In this document: positions 14,342 through 27,300 of the stretch, piece after piece
Numbering within the stretch: the stretch's first letter is position 1
Layout of the letters: the number at the start of each line of letters is the position of its first letter
DNA from: Octopus sinensis
Taxonomy: Eukaryota
NCBI RefSeq assembly: GCF_006345805.1
Contig: NC_043015.1
Span: forward strand, 27,156,001 to 27,220,000
Direction: 5' to 3'
DNA: 64,000 nucleotides
Program-made: the position numbers and the translations under genes
The notes under the pieces: generated by a model
What the model was told of the DNA's origin: nothing
Seen by the model: the letters and a program-made list of their open reading frames with translations, nothing else
Databases searched by the model: none

Positions 14342-14433
<92 letters not shown>

Positions 14434-14910
14434 TGTCTATGCGTGTATTGAGATAGATAGATAGATAAATAGAGAGAGAGAGAGATTGAGAGAAAGAAAG
14501 AGAGTTTAAGTCGACAGAAAGTTTACCAAAGTGACTCAACGAGTGAGAGTTCCCTACAAGTAGGAAACTCTCGGCCCTTGAGTCAAATTCTCTGTCGAAT
14601 AAAAATGTATTTCAATAAGTTTCTTAACCACACAACCATTCCGTTCTTTCTTTCTTACTTTATTTATTTATTTATTTAACCATTATATTTCAACCTCAAA
14701 ACTTGAAGAAATCATTCCAAATTAAAGGAGTCTTTCGCCTCGACTGACCGACAAAAGTATCTTTTCGGAAAGCAAAGAATTCTATCGGTTGTTGTCAGTA
14801 GTGCTGGTAGTGGTGGTGGTGGTGGTGGCAGTTTTACTGTTATTGTTATACTTGCATTTGTCGTTGGCGTTGTTGTGGTTGTAATTGCTGCTGTCATTGT
14901 CGTTGTTGTG

Positions 14911-14942
<32 letters not shown>

Positions 14943-14999
14943 GGTGGTGGTGGTGGTAGTGATTGTAGCGTTATTGTTATTGTTGTTGTTTTTGTTTCG

Positions 15000-15700
15000 C
15001 CCTAAGTCATCCTAGGTTAAGTTGATCTATAATCAAAAGGCTTCAAATTGTGACCACCATGTATTTTTATTCGTGAGGCTTACACTATTTAATGTATCCT
15101 TTCTTTATACAAGAAGGTGTGGTAATATTTGAGGAGGGACCGATTTGGTTGTCATTTCTAGATCTTCGAATGATTATCTAATGTTCCGTCGTTTGGCTCT
15201 GAAAGAAAGTAGAAGTGGCTAAGTTCGCGGTGGAGTACAGGGACGTTTTTTTTCTGCTAATTATTGACTTCACTTCTGATGTAAATGAGAAAACAGCTAA
15301 AAACAGACCTGACTGCACAACCCTTGAGTTAAAGAGTGTCCAGTCGTGACCATCCCTTATTTTTGTATATCTGTATCGATATTATCGAATATGTCCTTCC
15401 GTTCTGGTATGATTTGAGGGAGATTTGATTGCTATTTCTAGTCATTTAATCGACCACATAGGGGATCCCTTTCCATATCTCGACAACTATGATGCTGCTC
15501 TTTAACCCTAGATCAGCCCTGATTGGAGCCATGATCAAAGGCTTTTCAACCACGACCATTCAATCTCCCTTTCAGGGATCATAGATTATCAAGGAGTACT
15601 ACTGTAATATATGGTCCTTCGTTTGTTTTTAAGACGGTAGGGGGAGATTTGAGGGTGATATGGTTACTATTGCTCGTAGGACGAATGACTGCTCACAGGC
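15000..15700 (+). repeat. Three tandem diverged copies of a ~190-bp interspersed repeat (family D)
   Basis: Motif GATTTGAGGGAGATTTG..GCTATTTCTAG..GACCAC recurs near 15130, 15410 and 15645; also near 56090 and, inverted, near 1350 and 6590. Confidence 0.6.
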
Positions 15701-16035
15701 TTCATCACTGTCTCGGTATCCAAGATGTTATTTTTGAGGTGGTGGTCATTACAGAGGGAGAAGATGCAGTGATAGTAACAGCAGCTGTAGAGAGCGACTG
15801 TGGGAGGAGAATATTATAGAGAGTGACAGTGGGAGGAAGAGTATGAAAGAGAGGGAGAGTAAGAGAGAGACCGAGTGAGAGGGAGGGAGAGTGAATAAAA
15901 GTGAGATGCTGGATTGACTAAATAGAAAGAGAGAGAGAGAGAGAGAAAGAAAGAGAGACAGACAGAGGGAGACTGGATTAATAGAGGCGGGAGAAAGAAA
16001 GCGTTGTAATAATAGGGGCATTAGCAGTTGAGCAA

Positions 16036-16298
<263 letters not shown>

Positions 16299-16382
16299 GA
16301 ATAAGTCGACGTATGTCAGAGCTATAGAGTGAGGAACTGTAATGCTGAAGACAGTGGTTGTCGAGGAATGGTAAATACAGGA

Positions 16383-16415
<33 letters not shown>

Positions 16416-16469
16416 AAGAGAGAGAGGGAGAGAAAGAGAGAGAGAGAAGGGGAAGCGAGAGCGTAATAG

Positions 16470-17090
16470 TTAGGAAAGGGACGAGGTATTATGAAAGAGA
16501 AGGTAGCAATAGCAATGTGTGTGTGTGTGAGTGTGTGTGTGTGTGGAATGAAAGCTGCAACGAATGTTTTGTTGCTGCTGTCTCACCTGAGAGATGGAAG
16601 CAACTGTAGAAGAATGATTTGTAATGATAGAGAGAAGAGTGAAGGGAGGAGGTAGTGTGGTAATGACGGTAGTAGTAACAGGAAGAGGTAGTGAGATAGA
16701 GATGGTAGTAGTAAAGGGAGGAAGTGTGGTGTTGGAGCTAGTTGCAGTAGAGGGAAGAGGTAGCGTGACAGAGATAGTTGTAGTAGAGGGAAGAGGTGCT
16801 GTGAGAGAGGTGGTGAGAGAGGTGGTGACAGTAGTGGCAGAAGGTGTTGTGAGAGAGGTTGTGATAGTAGTGGGAAGAGATGTTGTTTCTGACGTGGTGG
16901 CAGCATTAAGCGGCAAACTGGAAATCATGAGCGCCGCGACCAAGGTACCTTGCGATATTGATTTCAATCCTTTTTGTTCTGAGTTGTTGGATGCCAGTCT
17001 AAATCCCTCCACCTGGTCCCGAAGTGACTTCAGCGGAGTCAATTGGTTACAAGCATTCGGGACGAGTTTCCGGTTGGAGAATTTTCCGTC
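16470..17090 (-). other. Candidate Ser/Thr/Pro-rich coding segment (unassigned)
   Basis: Open frame DGKFSNRKLVPNACNQLTPLKSLRDQVEGFRLASNN...TTSETTSLPTTITT; non-repetitive first part; no confirmed splice context or homology. Confidence 0.3.
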
Positions 17091-17156
17091 CTCTCTCTCT
17101 CTCTCTCTCTCTCTCTCCGTTTCTCTCTCTCTCTCCGTTCCTCTCTCTCTCTCTCC

Positions 17157-17215
<59 letters not shown>

Positions 17216-17663
17216 TTTTGTGTCAGAGAAATAGGTTGCCCAAGTAGTGAGGTGTTGCGATGGAGGTGGTAGCAGTAGAAGGAAGAGGTAATGGGACATA
17301 AGCAGTGGCGGGAGAGGGGGGGAGAAGACGTGATCGAAAAATAGAAACAAGAGGGAAGGTAGTGGTAGAGGAGAAGGATGAGACAGAATGCGAGGGAGAT
17401 GGAAGTAAAAGAGAGAAAGGAAGGAAGGAAAAGGAAAAGTAACTGAAGAAGAGAGAGAGAGGTTGGGCTGGTTGATAGAGGAGATGAGTTCAGGTACAGT
17501 ATTTCATTTTACTTTATTTACCTGTATTTTATTAGGTTAATAAGATTTAATCTTTATTTAATTTGTATTTATATTCCTTCCTTTTTCTCTCATTTCTATT
17601 ATATTCAGAATATTAATGATAACTCTAAAGAGTTTTAATGTTTTTCTGTGGGTTTCTTTAAAG

Positions 17664-17823
17664 GTAATTTAAAAATCGATGATCAGATATCCGGACCATT
17701 CAGTCAGCGGACACCCACCTGCGGTCCCGTTGGTGCTGGACAGGAAGGCGTTTGCTGTCCCTTCGTACCCGCCATCGGTTTCGGAGACCCTGTAGAGGAA
17801 CGTCGGAACAACCTTCTTTCATG
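17664..17823. other. Candidate host exon (strand unresolved)
   Basis: GC-richer unique island. Plus strand: polypyrimidine-AG..GTAAAA with one open frame. Minus strand: open frame KVVPTFLYRVSETDGGYEGTANAFLSSTNGTA with donor CAG|GTGGGT. Confidence 0.3.
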
Positions 17824-17904
17824 GTAAAAAGATTTAAAAATAAAAAAGGATGGCGGTTGTGGGAAGTGGAGAAGGGGATGAACAGATTGCCATCTTATAT
17901 TTGT

Positions 17905-18115
17905 TTTAATCATTAGACTGTGGTCATGTTGGGGCACCGCCTTGAAGGGTTTAGTCAAATGATTCGAACTCACTGCTTACTTTTTAAGTCTGGTACTCAG
18001 TCTATCAGTCACTTTTACCGAACTGCTAGTTTACGGGGACATAAACAAACCAACACAGGTTGTCAAAATTTGGTAAGCGGATAAATACAAAGCACACGCA
18101 CACACGCACACACAC
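17905..18115 (-). mobile_element. SINE family A, 3' half
   Basis: CTGTGGTCATGTTGGGGCACCGCC...GAACTGCTAGTTTACGGGGACATAAAC matches the family A 3' half. Confidence 0.7.
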
Positions 18116-18614
18116 ACACATCTATGTATGAAAGTATATATATTGGCCCTGGATATCTTGCTCTGGCATGTCTCTGGATTATGTTACTTGGGTGCAGAGG
18201 GTCGGTGAGGTGTTGTCTTAGCCTTATTGGATCAAACATTGTAGGTTACGCAATCGTCGGTCGAGGTTGAGGGCGCCGCAGCCAATATGGCAGCTACGAA
18301 TGCAAACACGGGAGAAGCGCCGACTGGTGGTATCTCATGCACAGGTAATACTGATAATCTGCAGCATGGTTAATGGTTAGTATTGGTATGTATACATGTA
18401 TGTATGTATGTATGTATGTATGTATGTATGTATGTATGTATGTATGTATGCATGTATGTATGTATATACATATATATACATACATATACATATGTATGTG
18501 TATATGTATATATATATGTGTGTGTATGTATGCATATATGTATATATATATACATATATAAGTACATATACATGTTTATATATGTGTGTGTACGTGTGTG
18601 TGCGCGCGTGTATG

Positions 18615-18665
<51 letters not shown>

Positions 18666-18675
18666 GCGTGTGTGT

Positions 18676-18722
<47 letters not shown>

Positions 18723-18726
<4 letters not shown>

Positions 18727-18935
18727 TAATCCAAACATGAAGACACAAAGAGAAATCACAACAACGCGAGGACGTGGAACAAATATAGTATTATTGGAGG
18801 CTCAGGAAAAAAGGGAAGAAGGAGGGTTTAACGTTTCGAGCGGAGCTCTTCGTCAGAAACATACGAAAAGGAAAGATCCAGAGAAGGGAAGACGAGGAAA
18901 AAAAAATCGCCAACGGTACACACGCGGTCACATTT
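18723..18935 (-). mobile_element. Short PLE-like fragment ending in (TA)n
   Basis: Contains a minimal hammerhead; its 3' end on the minus strand runs into (TA)n. Confidence 0.55.
18826..18860 (-). ncRNA. Minimal type-I hammerhead ribozyme motif
   Basis: Minus strand GTTT-CTGACGA-A-GAGC-TCC-GCTC-GAA-ACGT-T-AAAC: 4-bp stem I, 4-bp stem II, ACGT palindrome. Confidence 0.75.
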
Positions 18936-18944
18936 GACGGAGTT

Positions 18945-19065
18945 CCACGCAGTTTCCGTCTTCCAAATTCACTCACAAAGTGTTAGTCGAGCTGGGGGCT
19001 GCTGTAAAAGACCCTTGGCCAATGTGCTGTGCAGTGGAACTGAACCCGAAACACGAGGGTTGTAA
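18945..19065 (-). mobile_element. SINE family A, 5' half (decayed)
   Basis: CAGTTTCCGTCTTCCAAATTCACTCACAA...GCAGTGGAACTGAACCC matches 2515-2615. Confidence 0.65.
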
Positions 19066-19639
19066 AGCGAGATTCGTAATTACACAGGTTTTTATGCTTG
19101 AAAAGTTGTCCAACATCTTGACGAAGAAAGAGGGAAACTGGAGCAGAAGTAGCGGTGGGAGAGATAGTAGTTACATGGGGAGGGAGGAGATGATGTGAAG
19201 GAGAAGGTTGCAGTAATGGACGCGGGATTGTGATTGAGAGACAGTGGGAGGAGAAGGAAGGGATGTTGCGATGGAGGTGGTAGCAGAGAGGGAGATGAAG
19301 CCTAAAGTAGAAGAGAGAGAAAAAGAGAGTAGTAGTAGTAGTAGTAGTAGTAGTGGGGGAGGAGGAGCGTATATGGCAGCGGTAGTCATACAACAGTACT
19401 GCTACCAACAACAATAGCAGCAGTAGCAGCAGTAGTATCAATTAAAGGGACGATAACAACAACAAGAAGCAATGACCATATCAACATCAGTTTACAGCTG
19501 CATAGCAACAGAAGCAATCGTAACAACACCAACAACGCTATCAACAGTTGTGCTATCTCTCAGTATTAGCAACAACAGGTGTCGCATAAACATAGCAACA
19601 TCAGATGTTAATAACTTGAAAGGCAACAGAAAGAATAGA

Positions 19640-19797
19640 GGCGGTGGCGGCGGCAGTGGTGGCGGCGGCAGCGGTGGCGGCGGGAGCGGTGGCGGCGGGA
19701 GCGGTGGCGGCGGCAGCGGTGGCGGCGGCAGCGGTGGCGGTGGCGGCGGCAGCGGTGGCGGCAGCGGTGGCGGCGGTGGCGGCGGCGGCGGCAGCAG
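19640..19797. repeat. GC-rich 15-bp minisatellite GGTGGCGGCGGCAGC
   Basis: About six regular units, then shorter variants; reads (GGGGS)n on plus and (PPPPL)n on minus. Confidence 0.9.
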
Positions 19798-19899
19798 CAA
19801 CAAACACAGGAGATGGATCCACGTCAATTTCGAGGACGGCTCTTGACATTTTATTTTTACTTTTCAGTCACGTGACCTCCCCAACCCCACGCATATTGA

Positions 19900-20330
19900 A
19901 TTATTCTGTTAGTGGCTGAGTACTCCATACACACCCGTGTACGTGAAATAATTGTTCGGCAGATTCAGCGTGAGATCGTGTGTGACAAGGCTGTGCTTTC
20001 AATTACGGATACAATCCATTGAACAAGCTTCAGCACGATATCCGCCCCTGTAATTTCATCCACATTGATCAGAAACAGTTAAAAACAAAACGCCTCAATC
20101 GCTCTGAAGCAGAATGGAACCTTGGACGTCGCGACTGCAAAGCGAACTTTTAACCATTCCACCACGCTGCGATCAACTGCCATACTACGGCCATTTTGGG
20201 GCAGCATCTGCCCCCGCAAAATCGAACTCCGTACTTGTTTTTAAGTTTGATATTTATATCAGTCTCTTTTTCGAACTGCTAGGTTACAAGGACATAAACA
20301 AACCAAGCTAAGGAGAACAAACACAAGCAC
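19900..20330 (-). mobile_element. SINE family C (19900-20175) and a decayed family A 3' half (20185-20330)
   Basis: Similarity to 7370-7640 and to the family A 3' half respectively. Confidence 0.5.
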
Positions 20331-21239
20331 GCACAAGTATATACATGCATATGTGTATGTGTGTGTGTGTATGTATGTACGTATGTATGTATGTATGTAT
20401 GTATGTATGTATGTATGTATGTATGTATGTATGTATGTATGTATGTGTATGTGTAAAATTTCTTTTTACCACGTTCCATATCTTCTTAAATATGGATAGA
20501 ACGTATTAGATAATGTGATTTCATATATATCTCTCCTGAAGTATGGTTGGTCACGGTTGAAACGCTTTTGATCATAGAGCTATCCGATCATATTTCACTT
20601 TGAAAGTGTGCGTTTGTATGTGAATGTTTGTTTTGGGCAACATACGCAACAATTCTCGCTCTTTTTCTCTAATATCTGTGAACGCCAATCCAAATTTGAC
20701 CCCATACAACATCTCTTACAAACACGCATACCTCCTATTCCTCCTCGATACAGAAATATCTTTTATCTCAAATCCAACTCATCGATCTTCACTGCAAGGT
20801 GCAGTCCTTAATGCGTTGTGGTCGCTACGCATATAGAGAAATAACGTATTCTAAATTTATCATAAAACAACTAAGATCTTTTTACAACCATCACACTTCT
20901 CTATACATCAGGGAACGTACTGCTTTTTTTCTCATTTTAGTCATAATGCTCCTTTAAAAGACGATCTTAAAGTACAGTTAATTTGATAAATTTGACATCT
21001 TTTATTACAACGACAACAGCATTGCTCAGACTTCCTTGCCATTCTTTAAAAACCAAACGTTGATGGTTGACCACGCAGTGTATGCACAACATCTTAGAGC
21101 ATTTTATAAATAAGTCCCCGACCCCTTATATCTACCCATCCCACTTACCACCACATAGACAGCGCCATCTGCCAAATAGGTTATTATTTTTCCATGTGAA
21201 ATATTACTTATCTAATGATTAGTACCAAATTCCTCAAAA

Positions 21240-21870
21240 GTTGTTTTAACTTGCGGTGACCGACATAAGTCTTCGAGTAAAATGCTGTGCTCCTTGGAGC
21301 AAATTACCATCTTAAAACTTAACAAATGTCATCAGAAGAACTTCATTACCCCTTAAAATAGAACCTGTTTGAAAGACAAACTGCTTCATTTGTAACCCTT
21401 TTTCTCTTCTTCAGTACGCATTTCCTCAATGCAATTCGATATTGTAGATTTACACCAAAAGGATGGCATTGGCCAACTTCATGTCCTACCTGCTTCACAG
21501 CAGCTGAAATCACAAGTAACTTAGAAATAACAATTCATCAGTGATTCTTGTGACTTGCTTAACTTATGAAATCATTCGGGAAAATCTCAAGAGATGCAGC
21601 AAAACCGTTGTTTACTTCAAACTAAAACATTGATTCAATATTTTTTTCCTCGGAAATAATCTTTCAGTTCACTTTTTTTTTTACCCTACGGAATTTGTTG
21701 CTTTAAAATTTTCTGTTTTGTCTTTAAATGACTTTGAGTCTTATATGTCGCATGTTGTCATCAGAAAATGTTGCAGCTATGCGTGTATGACGCATTGGCT
21801 TTGTAAATGGTTTCTGGTGATGAAATAAAACCGTAGGCGAGAGATTCAATGGAATATTGTCGACTCTTTT
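21240..21870 (-). pseudogene. Decayed hAT (Buster/Charlie-like) transposase
   Basis: RQYSIESLAYGFISSPE...FSDDNMRHIRLK and QFVFQTGSILRGNEVLLMTFVKF resemble the Buster-type BED-finger region and the first-Asp region (recalled consensus); multiple stops and frameshifts. Confidence 0.55.
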
Positions 21871-22349
21871 TCATCACCACAAGAACCATGCATAATCTGT
21901 AATCACAGTAAAATAACCAATTTGATACCATCTTCAAGAAAAACTCGTCTGGAGAGATTCGCCTAAAGATCGCAGTGACGCGAAATTCGAGTCACGAGAT
22001 AAACTCTCAATTTCAGTTTTAATAGAAAAAAAAACTCTAAAATATGTATTGGGCATTCATTTCTCATTCGTTTGACATTAAGCAATGTATATATATGCAT
22101 ACAAAACTTCCGGTCACTTACACTTTTTGTTCGATCTCTTGCAGCTAAAATACAATGTGGAAGTGTTACTATCTAATGACTTATGCTTATGCTTCATATT
22201 TTGGTGTTCCTTATTTTCAGTTCTAATTTTATTTTTAGTATCTTTTTATTCTTAATCGTATTTTATTCTGACCGTCTCCCTCTATTGTGTGTTTACAACA
22301 GTGTGTCTTTATGTAAGATTTATTTCTCTTAGTATCGTGGCTAGAAGAA

Positions 22350-23400
22350 TTACACCATCATTTTTTTCTGTATATCCAACCTTGGCTAATGCCACATTGT
22401 AATACGGTGCGTTAAAAACTGCTTCACTCACTGATAGTTTTGACATTCGATTAGATATATTTTTTACTAGTCCTTCTTTTATAGAATGTAGGTGATTAAT
22501 ATACCTCAGGCTCCCATTTCGCTTGTAGAATGAATGGTTCAAATAATTTTGTATCTAAACTGTTGCATCCAGAAAGTTTACATTCCGGTAATTATTTTCA
22601 ATAGTAATAGGTAAGAATTTGAAGTTGTTTTCTATGTCTTTCCATTTCAACCTTACTACATCGATCTAGTGTGAAGAGAGTGTCGACCCAATATAGACCA
22701 CCCCACCCAATCTTAGAAAACCAAGATTCCATTTGGAATAGGATATATACTCCAACTAGATCGATGACCTGTGCTGTACATCCCATTGCTATATCGAAAG
22801 AATCTACCCGATCAGGTCTCTTCCAAAATTGACCATGAAATCTACCGTAGTTCCCCACGCGGTAAATATAATTTCTGTCTCTGATCCAGACAATTCCGAA
22901 TTCTACAGAGCAAAAATTAAAGCCTTATTTAGAAGAATAGAATTAAGAATGGAGTCTAGCTATGTCTAGTTGTATTATTTTTTCTCCGATTTTTAAAATA
23001 TCTGTTTACCTCCTAAGTATCAGACCAGAGTGATGTCTAGTTTTAGATTAAAGAATTGCTATTACTCGATCGATAATATTTTTGCTAATTTTACCTATAT
23101 CCAATTTAGAGGGGCATATTAATCTAACTTTAGGGTCACTATCAAAATTGTTTTTATGATCTTTTCAATTTATCCTAGGTTTTCTGGGGTCATACTTATT
23201 ACATAGTTTGTACTTATTACATAGGTTTTCCCAAATTAATTCCTGATATAGTTTTGTTTCACAAAGTGAAGATTATCAGTCTTGGCTGCAAGTAACAACC
23301 TTCCTGGTATTTCTTTGAAATCTTCGAATGCTTTTAGTAATTTTTGCTGCTGTCTTTTATTTATCCGGGGAATGCATGTATAATGTCTGGTTTATGGCAA
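22350..23400 (-). pseudogene. Decayed Penelope-like element reverse transcriptase
   Basis: In order: LLAAKTDNL, IGKISKNIIDRV, IIQLDIARL, SFDIAMGCTAQVIDLVGVYIL..GLYW.D, ISNRMSKLS..FN.APYYNVAL..GY, matching PLE RT motifs (ADKT; GKISK.I.D; FDV.MGS..GAE..ELVG.YIL; GLYRDD). Confidence 0.7.
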
Positions 23401-24364
23401 TGAAACTAACATAGCAAAAATTTCTAAAAGGGTTCGAATGAAATGTTACAGAATAATGATTAGAGCGAGTAGATTTTGCTTAAAGAAATAATATATTGTT
23501 AAGTAGGTGGTTGTATGCAAACTCTTTCCGGTTTGATTATATAAATGAGCAATTTTTTCATTAATAATTATAAAACTACCATCTTTATGACAGCAATCGT
23601 CATAATTGCTTTAGATTTACTAATCTTTCTTGATGACTGAACTTTGGTCAATCCTATTACGGACAATAGGTGGTTGGTCTTTAGAATATATCAGTAAGTA
23701 AATAGATGTAATGAATTTATGGGCATGTTATTTAGATAAATATTAATTAGTACTATCTAAAGAACTATTATGATTACTTCTATCACTCCCTCTTTTTCTA
23801 GACCTATTGGCGTATCCCGTTATACTAAAGCACTTATTTTACTTTTTATTATTTATACACCCCGTTACCCCTAAAGAAAGATTAACCCACCAACTAATAT
23901 TTTTAGTTTTGTCCTTTACTCAACGGCCTAAAGCGTTACACTGCAAAATGGCATGATTCAAATATATTAAGCCTTCATTCCTCCTCTCAAGGCTCTTTTT
24001 CTTTTCTGTTCTTTTATTTTATGTATTTTCCTCACTCTGATGAATCTCTATGCTCCAGTTCGGATGTGTTATAAAATATGACGAATACTATTCTCAGAAT
24101 TTTTTTTGGCAACACTGTGGGACATTGGAAGCAGAAACGGCTGTTAGATGGGATGAAGTTTTCTATAAGAAAATATTAATCGGTGGTAGTCACTTGTTGT
24201 TGATCAATATTTCTCCATTTTCTGCTTAATTTAAATTTGATTCCTGATAAACTCTTGTTTATTTTGTTATTGCCTGCATCTTATGAGCATAATATGCTTC
24301 CATATGTATGTATGAATTTATGTATGTACGTATGAATGTATGTATATGTATATGTATGTATATA

Positions 24365-27300
24365 TCTCTTATGATAAGAGGCAGATTTTCTCTGCCTGTT
24401 CCCATGTTCCTTTTTAATACAATTCTACAAAATAGAATTTCTTCAATTGGAATTTACCTACGATTTTTACAAGTAGATTCGATTCGGTCATGGCATATAA
24501 AGTTTTTTCAATTTGACCCCCAATTAAGCAAAAATTCGAGAAAAGTAAATATTTTACGATTTGCCTCTCTAATTTCAACTGCTTCACTCCTGGTATTACC
24601 ATAATTTCTCTTACTTTCTCTTTGCAAATGTACCTTAAACCACTACTCAAAAAAAAAAAATACAGAGCAAACAGAAACAAATAAATACATAACGATTTAC
24701 TCCTCACACAATTTCTTCAATTGGAGTTTACCTATGATTTTTCTAAGTACATTCCATTTGGTCATGGCATATAAATTTCTTTCAATTTCACCCCCAATTA
24801 AGCAAAAATTCGAGAAAACTCAATATTTTACGATTTTCCTCTCTCACTTTAAAGGCTATACTCCGCCTATTACCACACTTACTCCCACTTTCTCTTTACA
24901 CACATAGACACGCAAACATATACATATATGACAGTGTCAATTGTTGAAAGAAAATTGTAAGCTAAGGTGTGTGTGTGTGTGCGTGTGTGTGTGTGTGTGA
25001 GTGTGTGTGAGTGTGTGTCTGTGTGTGTGTGTGTGTGTATGTGTGAGTGTGTGTCTGTGTGTCTGTGTGTGTAACAGGGATGAGCCATTAATACTGGTCA
25101 TCCTTTTTGCTAGAGGAAGATCTGCTATGGTCTTATATGCTACACCACTGGTTTTCAATTCATATTAATCAAATTAATATTCAATTTTTCACCCTTATTA
25201 TGTGTGTGTGTATTAGCAATTCGTATAAAATTGCATCAATGACTTGAACTTGAATAAGTGGTTTCACATAAATGGGGATAAATTAAAAAGGTTTGTTGTT
25301 ATTAGTATTACTGTTTGACTATTGTAATCACGTGGCATGTAAAGTTTATAGCTGCAACACATTATATATACCGTACTTAAAACACACCATGACACACCAC
25401 AAATGTACCTTGAACGAGAAGGACTATTCATTATAATACATCAGTTCCACACATTTACCCTGGTTCCATTTCGGACAACTGCACAAACATTTGCCATTTG
25501 ACACATGTATGTAAACAATTTCCTTTCTTAAAAATTTCAATTCATTTTCTTTTTCAATTTACGTTTCTATACACTTTACACAAATATTTGATTAAACAAC
25601 TAAAACACTTCACATTTCGAACATGTACGTAAACTACTTCCATTCTTACAAATCTAACTTTATTTTCTTGCTTTTAACTCAACTTTCAATACACTTTACA
25701 CACTCTGTCGCTATACTTGCATAAAAAATTTCTTTCAGCTGCAAATATTTCTTTCTTTTCCTTTCACGGTTAACATTTTTCCACATTTCATTCACATTAC
25801 AATTTCTATCTTTAAGTAACTTTCACCCTTTCTTTTTCACATAAAATGCCACCGAAAAAGAGAAGTCGCCTCGGCCGCCATACTGCAGCAGAAGGGCGCA
25901 AAAGGCGATTATCGCAAACGAGTCTTCCGACAAAAAGGCTTTCAGACTTTCACAGAGCGCCTTACGTTCAGCGCAATCACGAGCTGCTGAAAATTTACAA
26001 CAGCGCAACGCACGCCTAGCAAAAATGGCTTCATACGATACTGCTTCCAGGGCTTCAGAGGGTCCGGAAACAAGGTCGAAGCGCATGCCATAAAGGCTGC
26101 TGCTGTTGCTGCACAAAGGGCTTCAGAGAAACAACAAAGGGCCACTCGACTGGCTACAAACGCTGCGGCTACTGTTGCTTCAACATTTTCGGCTGCTGAA
26201 AATTTACAACAGCGCAACGCAAGCCTAGCAAAAATGGCTTCATACGATGCTGCTTCCAGGGCTTCAGAGGGTCCGGAAACAAGGTCGAAGCGCATGGCCA
26301 TAAAGGCTTCTGCTGTTGCTGCACAAAGGGCTTCAGAGGACCCACAACAAAGGGCCACTCGACTGGCTACAAACGCTGCAGCTACTGCTGCTTCAACATT
26401 TTCGACACATTCCCACGACTCAGACCAGCAACGTTCTACACTCCAGCGGAACAGTTGACGCCGCGAGGCTACCCGCGGTCTGACGAGTCCAAACAGCCCT
26501 TACTGGCATCTACGGGCTTTCAAGTATGAGCCCAACTTCAATTACTCGATGCACGCTGACATAAATATTGGGAAAATGTGCTTCAATTGCCAATTCTGCG
26601 ATGCTAAAAAGTGGGCTGTGGAACCACCTGCAATGTGCTGCTTAAACGGTAAGGTCAGCTTGCCCCCTCTTCGGGAGCTGCCAGACCCTTTGAAGGAATT
26701 ACTTACTGGTTCCACCTCAAGGTCATCAAAATTCTTTCAACGCATCAGGAAGTACAATTTTGCATTTCAGATGACTTCTTTCGGGGCTAACGTTGTCAGA
26801 AAACTGGTTGGATGCCTACTTTCAAGGTCCAGGGCCAGGTGTATCACCTTATTGGGTCACTCCAGCCACTAAAAAATTGCAAACCTTCGTTCTTTCAAAT
26901 CTATTTCATTTCAAATTACAATAGGCAACTTGATGTGCGTTTCGGCGTAATTCCACAACCTGCAAACACTGACGCTGACAATTTCGACAGGGACGTGCTG
27001 CTCAGTCTGCAAAACATGCTTCATGACCACAACAGCTACATTCGCAGTTTCAAATACGCCTTGGAAACAGCCCCTTCACCAACATTCACCATTGTCATCG
27101 ATGCTGACAAAAGGCCTTCTGGGGAGCACGCACGCCGATATAACGCTCCTTCGTGCAATGAAGTGGCCATAGTTCTCCATGGTGAACAGCACAATCAGCA
27201 AGACATAGTTCTTCAAAGCCGCGACAGTGATCTTCAGCGTATTAATGAGACGCATCGGTCATATGACGCGCCTTCTTTTTCCGTATGGAGAAGACGGGTA

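Noticed and set aside
20536-20570. CTGAAGT...GAAAC
   Set aside because: A9 is missing and there is no convincing stem II or stem I
25823-26358. Ala/Cys-rich minus-strand ORFs
   Set aside because: Antisense shadows of the repeated Helitron RepHel N-terminus
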